Under the pieces are notes generated by a model. That model had not been told where the DNA came from and did no database searches. It was given only the letters and a program-made list of their open reading frames with translations. A program made the position numbers and the translations under genes. From the NCBI RefSeq assembly GCF_001668615.1, contig NZ_LZMC01000102.1, positions 99,815 to 123,814 on the forward strand: a DNA stretch of 24,000 bases. The letters run 5' to 3'. Position 1 is the first letter of the stretch. The number at the start of each line of letters is the position of its first letter. The stretch is from Mycobacterium sp. 1274761.0 (GTDB taxonomy: Bacteria > Actinomycetota > Actinomycetes > Mycobacteriales > Mycobacteriaceae). Shown here piece by piece: positions 19,641 through 24,000 of this stretch.

Positions 19641-19831
19641 TTGCGTGCGCTCCTTCCAGGCGACGAGCCATACGTGTGGCGACGATGGATGATCCACCAC
19701 AGATCGAGCCGCATGTCGGAAGGCTCAGGCGCGGGACGGACCCTGAGTGTGGCTCGCATTTATTGCATCCACCGGGCGTCCGTCGACGGTCGAAATGCCG
19801 TGGGCGTGCGGGTCTATCAGCTTCACCGTAT

Positions 19832-19856
19832 AAGTTCAATCAATGAACTTCAATCA
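19832..19856. promoter_or_regulatory. Candidate operator: perfect 7-5-7 inverted repeat overlapped by an 8-nt direct repeat
   Basis: AAGTTCA-atcaa-TGAACTT at 19832-19850; TTCAATCA at 19835-19842 and 19849-19856. Located between the HxlR gene 3' end and the DUF302 gene. Confidence 0.35.
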
Positions 19857-19940
19857 GAATTCCCGACGCTTTAGTGGTGTCGGCACCCCGGACCGCGAGT
19901 CCGTGGCGGCGATGGCGGTCGCGAAGCGCTCAATGGCGTA

Positions 19941-20468
19941 TCACGCGGCGTCAGCGAACGGTTCCAGCATCCGGTGTGGACGTGTCAGCTGCCTGCTTAT
20001 CCGATCGCCGCGGTTTGACCCCGCAGACTTGGAAGCACGCGGATGCACCTCGAGGTCGCGCGGCGCCGGCACTGTGCCGCAGCGTCCGCAGTTCCCCAGA
20101 GGCGTGAGTTGACCGCCACATCCGTAGTGGACTATCGGCCGACGTAACTTGTCGGTCACGTAAAACTCGTTGCCCCAGTTCATCATTGACCATACGACCG
20201 GCCATAGCTGCTCCCCTTTGGGGGTCAACCAATACTCATCTCGGCCGCTCGCGCCGATCGACGTCGTCAATATCTCGTGCTCCACGAGTAATCTCAAGCG
20301 TTCGGTCAAGACAGCGGGGGGAATCTCGAGGTGAGCGCGGAAGTCGGTAAATCGTACGACCCCGTAGAACGCGTCACGGATGATCAGAAGTGACCACCGC
20401 TCGCCGACTACTTCGAGCGTGCGGGCAACGGGACATAGCTCTTTCTCGTACTCGCGCTTCAGGGCCAT
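19941..20468 (-). CDS. HxlR-family winged-helix transcriptional regulator with C-terminal Cys cluster
   Basis: CPVARTLEVVGERWSLLIIRDAFYGVVRFTDFRAHLEIPPAVLTERLRLLVEHEIL; C-terminal HYGCGGQLTPLGNCGRCG. Confidence 0.88.
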   Translation of the reverse strand: MALKREYEKELCPVARTLEVVGERWSLLIIRDAFYGVVRFTDFRAHLEIPPAVLTERLRLLVEHEILTTSIGASGRDEYWLTPKGEQLWPVVWSMMNWGNEFYVTDKLRRPIVHYGCGGQLTPLGNCGRCGTVPAPRDLEVHPRASKSAGSNRGDRISRQLTRPHRMLEPFADAA

Positions 20469-20700
20469 GGTACGAGTCTACGTGACCTGTGATTCATTCA
20501 CCGAATTACTGCCGCACGATTCCGACGGCCGTTCAGCCAAGGTCCTCGAGGGCGTGTAGGCCGGCGAGAGACAGCGGTGTTGCAGCTCGGCATAGGCGAC
20601 AACGCTGCCAAGACGAAGAAAGGGCGTGGGCGAGTCGCCGAAACGGAGGACCTGCCGTCGTGCGCGGCATAGAATCCAGGTCGGTCGGAGGGAACTCCCA

Positions 20701-21585
20701 GTGAAGATGTCGCCATTCGACTACCACCGACCGGACACGGTCGACGAGGTAGTCGCACTGCTCGAAACGTACGGCGAGGATGGCAAGGTGCTCGCCGGCG
20801 GGCAGAGCCTTCTTCCGATACTCGCCCTCCGGCTGACCTATTTCGAGCAACTCATCGATATCGGCGCAGTGCACGGCTTGCCGTCGATCGAGGTCGATGA
20901 CGACGGCACGGTCTCGGTCGGAGCGACCGTGACCCACGCACAGGTCGAGAGGTCCGATGTCATGGCCGCCGCCGCGCCCGCGGTAGTTGGCGCCATGCCG
21001 CACATCGGTCATCGGGCGATCCGGAGTCGGGGGACGGTGTGCGGGAGTCTGGCCCATGCCGATCCGGCGGCAGAATTGCCGGCGGTTGCCCTGGCGGTCG
21101 GCGCGGAGATGATCGTGCAGGGGCCGGCAGGACAGCGGACTATCAGTGCCAGTGACTTCTTCCTGGGCTATCTGACAACCGCGCTCGCGGAGGACGAGTT
21201 GCTGGTCGGGGTGCGCTTGCCCGCCTGGAGCTCACGCGCGGGATGGTCGGTGCTGGAGGTGAGCAGGCGCCACGGAGACTTCGCGTTGGTCGGGCTGGTG
21301 ACGACGCTCGAGATTGACGACGCCGGACTGTTGCGGCGACCGGCGTTGTCCTTCTTCGGTGTATTCAGCACGCCGGTGCGTGTCGCCGAGGCCGAGCAGT
21401 TGCTCGACGGAAAGGCTCCCGATCCCGCGCTCTTCACAGAGGCAGCGAAGGTCGCGACGGGTGCGTTGGATCCGCCTACCGATGACCACGCATCCTCGGA
21501 GTACAGGGCGCATGTCGCTGGGGTGCTCACTCGCCGCGGGCTTGGCGAGGCCGCGGCGAGGGCCATGGCGCGAGCGGGCGGCTGA
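20701..21585 (+). CDS. Molybdenum hydroxylase FAD-binding subunit (CoxM/CutM-like)
   Basis: [40 protein letters not shown] and [32 protein letters not shown]-type motifs. GTG start at 20701 (alternative ATG at 20707). Confidence 0.9.
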   Translation: MKMSPFDYHRPDTVDEVVALLETYGEDGKVLAGGQSLLPILALRLTYFEQLIDIGAVHGLPSIEVDDDGTVSVGATVTHAQVERSDVMAAAAPAVVGAMPHIGHRAIRSRGTVCGSLAHADPAAELPAVALAVGAEMIVQGPAGQRTISASDFFLGYLTTALAEDELLVGVRLPAWSSRAGWSVLEVSRRHGDFALVGLVTTLEIDDAGLLRRPALSFFGVFSTPVRVAEAEQLLDGKAPDPALFTEAAKVATGALDPPTDDHASSEYRAHVAGVLTRRGLGEAAARAMARAGG

Positions 21586-22076
21586 TGCCGGAGATCACGC
21601 TACGGGTCAACGGCCGGGACGAGCGCGCGGAGGTCGAAGCTCGCACGACGCTAGCCGAATTGCTTCGCGACCACCTCGGCCTGACCGGCACACACCTCGG
21701 TTGCGAGCACGGTGTGTGTGGCGCGTGCACAGTGGCGGTCGACGGTCACCCTGTCCGTTCCTGCCTGATGCTGGCGATGCAGGCGGAGGGAACGACCGTC
21801 GAGACCGTCGAGTCCCTCGGTGACGAAGATGGCCTGGGGCTCATCCAGCAGGCGATGTGGGAGCACCACGCATTCCAATGTGCTTTCTGCGCACCGGGAT
21901 TCCTCATGACGGTGCGTTGCCTGCTCGCCGACAACCCGACGCCGACGCAGGCGCAGATCAAAGAAGAGCTCTCGGGAAATCTGTGCCGTTGCACGGGATA
22001 CGCATCGATCATCGAGGGTGTCGTCGAAGCCGTGGCCAAGTCGGCCGCCACCGCGGGAGGGGTGGACGATGCGTGA
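21585..22076 (+). CDS. Molybdenum hydroxylase 2Fe-2S subunit (CoxS-like)
   Basis: [23 protein letters not shown] and [16 protein letters not shown]...[13 protein letters not shown]. The start overlaps the upstream stop by 1 nt (TGATG). Confidence 0.92.
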   Translation: MPEITLRVNGRDERAEVEARTTLAELLRDHLGLTGTHLGCEHGVCGACTVAVDGHPVRSCLMLAMQAEGTTVETVESLGDEDGLGLIQQAMWEHHAFQCAFCAPGFLMTVRCLLADNPTPTQAQIKEELSGNLCRCTGYASIIEGVVEAVAKSAATAGGVDDA

Positions 22077-24000
22077 ACAGATCATGGGGCGATTTGTGGG
22101 AGCCCGCGTTCGCAGGGTCGAGGACCGCCGATTGCTGAGCGGCCGCGGTCAGTACGTCGACGATGTCGTCGTACCAGACATGGCGCATGCGGCGTTCGTC
22201 CGAAGCCCATTGCCCCACGCCCTGATCCGAGGTATCGACACCACGCGCGCCGCCGCAATCCCAGGGGTACACGCGATTTTCACCGGCACTGACATCGCCG
22301 CGATCACCAACCCTCTCATCGGGATGCTCACCTTGCCGGGCCTCTACGACCCGTGGCACTGGGCGCTGGCCGTCGACCGTGTTCGTCTGGTCGGCGATCC
22401 GGTCGCCATCGTCGTCGCGACGTCGCGCGCGGTCGCTGAAGATGCGGCTGAGATGGTCGACGTCAGCTATGAGGAACTGGTACCCATTGCGACCTTGGCG
22501 CACGCTCACGATCCCAGCCGGCCGTCGATCTGGCCGAAGGCCAACGGCAACGTCGTCTACGCGGCATCGGAGTCGTTCGGCGACGTCGATGCTGCGTTCG
22601 CCGGGGCGGACCGCGTGATCAGCGAGACCTTCCGCCAGCATCGGCACGCCAACCAACCGATGGAAACCAGGGGCATGGTGGCCGAGATCGACGCCAGCGG
22701 CAACCTCACCTTGCACGCGGCCCATCAGGCCGCGCACGTCCTCAAGTGGGTCATGGCCATGTGCCTCGCGCGTCGGCCAGTGTGGATGTCGGTGCGCGAC
22801 ATGTTCCGCCAGCGCGAACAGACGAAGGCGATCTTCGCCGGGGTCCGCGATTTTATTCGCGCCCACCCGACGATGTTGCAGGACACGCGGCCGCTGATGC
22901 CGATCATGCTGCGTCAGATGGCCAGGGATCCGATGCGGATGGTCCACCTCAATCGGGCACTCGTCGGACTGATGGCGACGCCCAAGGAACGCCTCCCACG
23001 AGTCGTGACAGGCGATATCGGTGGTGCGTTCGGGTCGAAGATGACGGTGCTGCGCGAGGACGTCGCGCTGTGTGCCGCCGCGCTGCGTCTCGGCCGATCG
23101 ATCAAGTGGATTGAGGACCGTAACGAACACCTCGTGCTCGGCGCCCAGGCCCGCGACGAACAGGTCGCCGTCGAGGCTGCGGTGATGAACGACGGGAAGG
23201 TGCGGGGCCTGCGCGTCAAACTCACGATGGATTGCGGCGCTTATCCGGCACTCCCGTACGGGGCGCCTATGTTGTGCCGCTTCATCCAGACGATGTTTCC
23301 CGGTCCGTATCGGTTCGACGCCATGCAGTTCGACGCCGAGCTCGTGTCGTCCAACAAAGCGACATACAACGCCTACCGGGGTCCCTGGGCGGTCGAGACC
23401 TGGGTCCGCGAACGGCTTTTCGATGTCATAGCCCGCGAGCTGGGGATCAGCCGCGCCGAAATCCGGCTGCGCAACATCGTCGGTCCCGACATGCTCCCGA
23501 CGACGATGCTCACCGGTCCGACCCTCGATGTGCGCATGTCGGCCAAGACCACGCTCGAGAGGGCTCTCGATATTGCAGACTTCAAGCATTGGGCAGAGCA
23601 CCAGGCGGCGGCCCGGGAGCAGGGTCGCCGCCTCGGCCTGGGGATCGCGACCTACATCGAAGCGGCTCCGGGGCCGCCGGGGTTCACGGAGGCCGTCATG
23701 CCCGGACTCTCCGCGTTCGCCGGCTCGGAGCCGATCCACGCGGTCCTTGGAGCCGACGGAAGCGTCACGCTCCACACCCGGCAGGTGCCCCATGGCCAAG
23801 GCCACGAGACGACGCTCGCACAGGTGGCCGCCGACAAGCTCGGCGTGCCCGTCGAGGCCATCCGAGTCAGGTACGGCGACACGAACTTCGCGCCGTTCGG
23901 GATCACGGGCACCGGCGGAAGCCTGTCGGCGGCGATGGCGGGCGGAGCGGTCGGGGAGGCTGCGCATATATTGCGCGGGCACATTGTCGACATTGCCGCG
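22069..24000 (+). CDS. Molybdenum hydroxylase molybdopterin-binding large subunit (CoxL-like), truncated by the window end
   Basis: Frame 1 is open from ATG 22069 to the window end: [53 protein letters not shown]...GDIGGAFGSKM...AYRGPWAVETWVRERLFD...GQGHETTLAQV. The provided ORF track omits it because it has no stop in the window. Confidence 0.92.
   Translation, partial: MREQIMGRFVGARVRRVEDRRLLSGRGQYVDDVVVPDMAHAAFVRSPLPHALIRGIDTTRAAAIPGVHAIFTGTDIAAITNPLIGMLTLPGLYDPWHWALAVDRVRLVGDPVAIVVATSRAVAEDAAEMVDVSYEELVPIATLAHAHDPSRPSIWPKANGNVVYAASESFGDVDAAFAGADRVISETFRQHRHANQPMETRGMVAEIDASGNLTLHAAHQAAHVLKWVMAMCLARRPVWMSVRDMFRQREQTKAIFAGVRDFIRAHPTMLQDTRPLMPIMLRQMARDPMRMVHLNRALVGLMATPKERLPRVVTGDIGGAFGSKMTVLREDVALCAAALRLGRSIKWIEDRNEHLVLGAQARDEQVAVEAAVMNDGKVRGLRVKLTMDCGAYPALPYGAPMLCRFIQTMFPGPYRFDAMQFDAELVSSNKATYNAYRGPWAVETWVRERLFDVIARELGISRAEIRLRNIVGPDMLPTTMLTGPTLDVRMSAKTTLERALDIADFKHWAEHQAAAREQGRRLGLGIATYIEAAPGPPGFTEAVMPGLSAFAGSEPIHAVLGADGSVTLHTRQVPHGQGHETTLAQVAADKLGVPVEAIRVRYGDTNFAPFGITGTGGSLSAAMAGGAVGEAAHILRGHIVDIAA

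Noticed and set aside
22009-23982. 657-aa antisense ORF in the provided track
   Set aside because: It lies opposite a clear CoxL-like coding frame and is rich in R/H/D/G shadow-frame composition with no recognisable domain.

Overview
This window has high GC and mycobacterial (Mycolicibacterium-like) character, judged from protein family resemblance only. From left to right it contains: a frame-disrupted LLM-class oxidoreductase 3' end; a TIGR02206/YwaF-like membrane protein and a WS/DGAT acyltransferase; a SigF-family sigma factor; a small membrane protein and a PAS-ANTAR regulator; a PonA2-type bifunctional PBP with C-terminal PASTA; an L,D-transpeptidase preceded by a 2-nt-spaced small ANTAR-like ORF; a DHA2 MFS transporter; a STAS anti-sigma antagonist coupled to an 838-aa GAF/SpoIIE-phosphatase/HATPase switch protein; an SDR and a cutinase. 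A decayed zone at about 14.07-16.5 kb follows, holding a WS/DGAT tail remnant, an N-terminally truncated arsC and a multiply frameshifted DUF4239 gene. After it comes a 581-aa chimeric ORF that joins the N-terminal part of an IS1182/DUF772-type transposase in frame to a complete RpfB-like protein. The window ends with SnoaL-like, DUF302 and HxlR genes and a CoxM/CoxS/CoxL-type molybdenum hydroxylase operon that runs off the right edge. The most unusual feature is the transposase-RpfB chimera. The dispersed sigma/ANTAR/STAS/phosphatase set near cell-wall genes is the next most interesting. All family calls come from reading motifs in the translated sequence; no database search was run.
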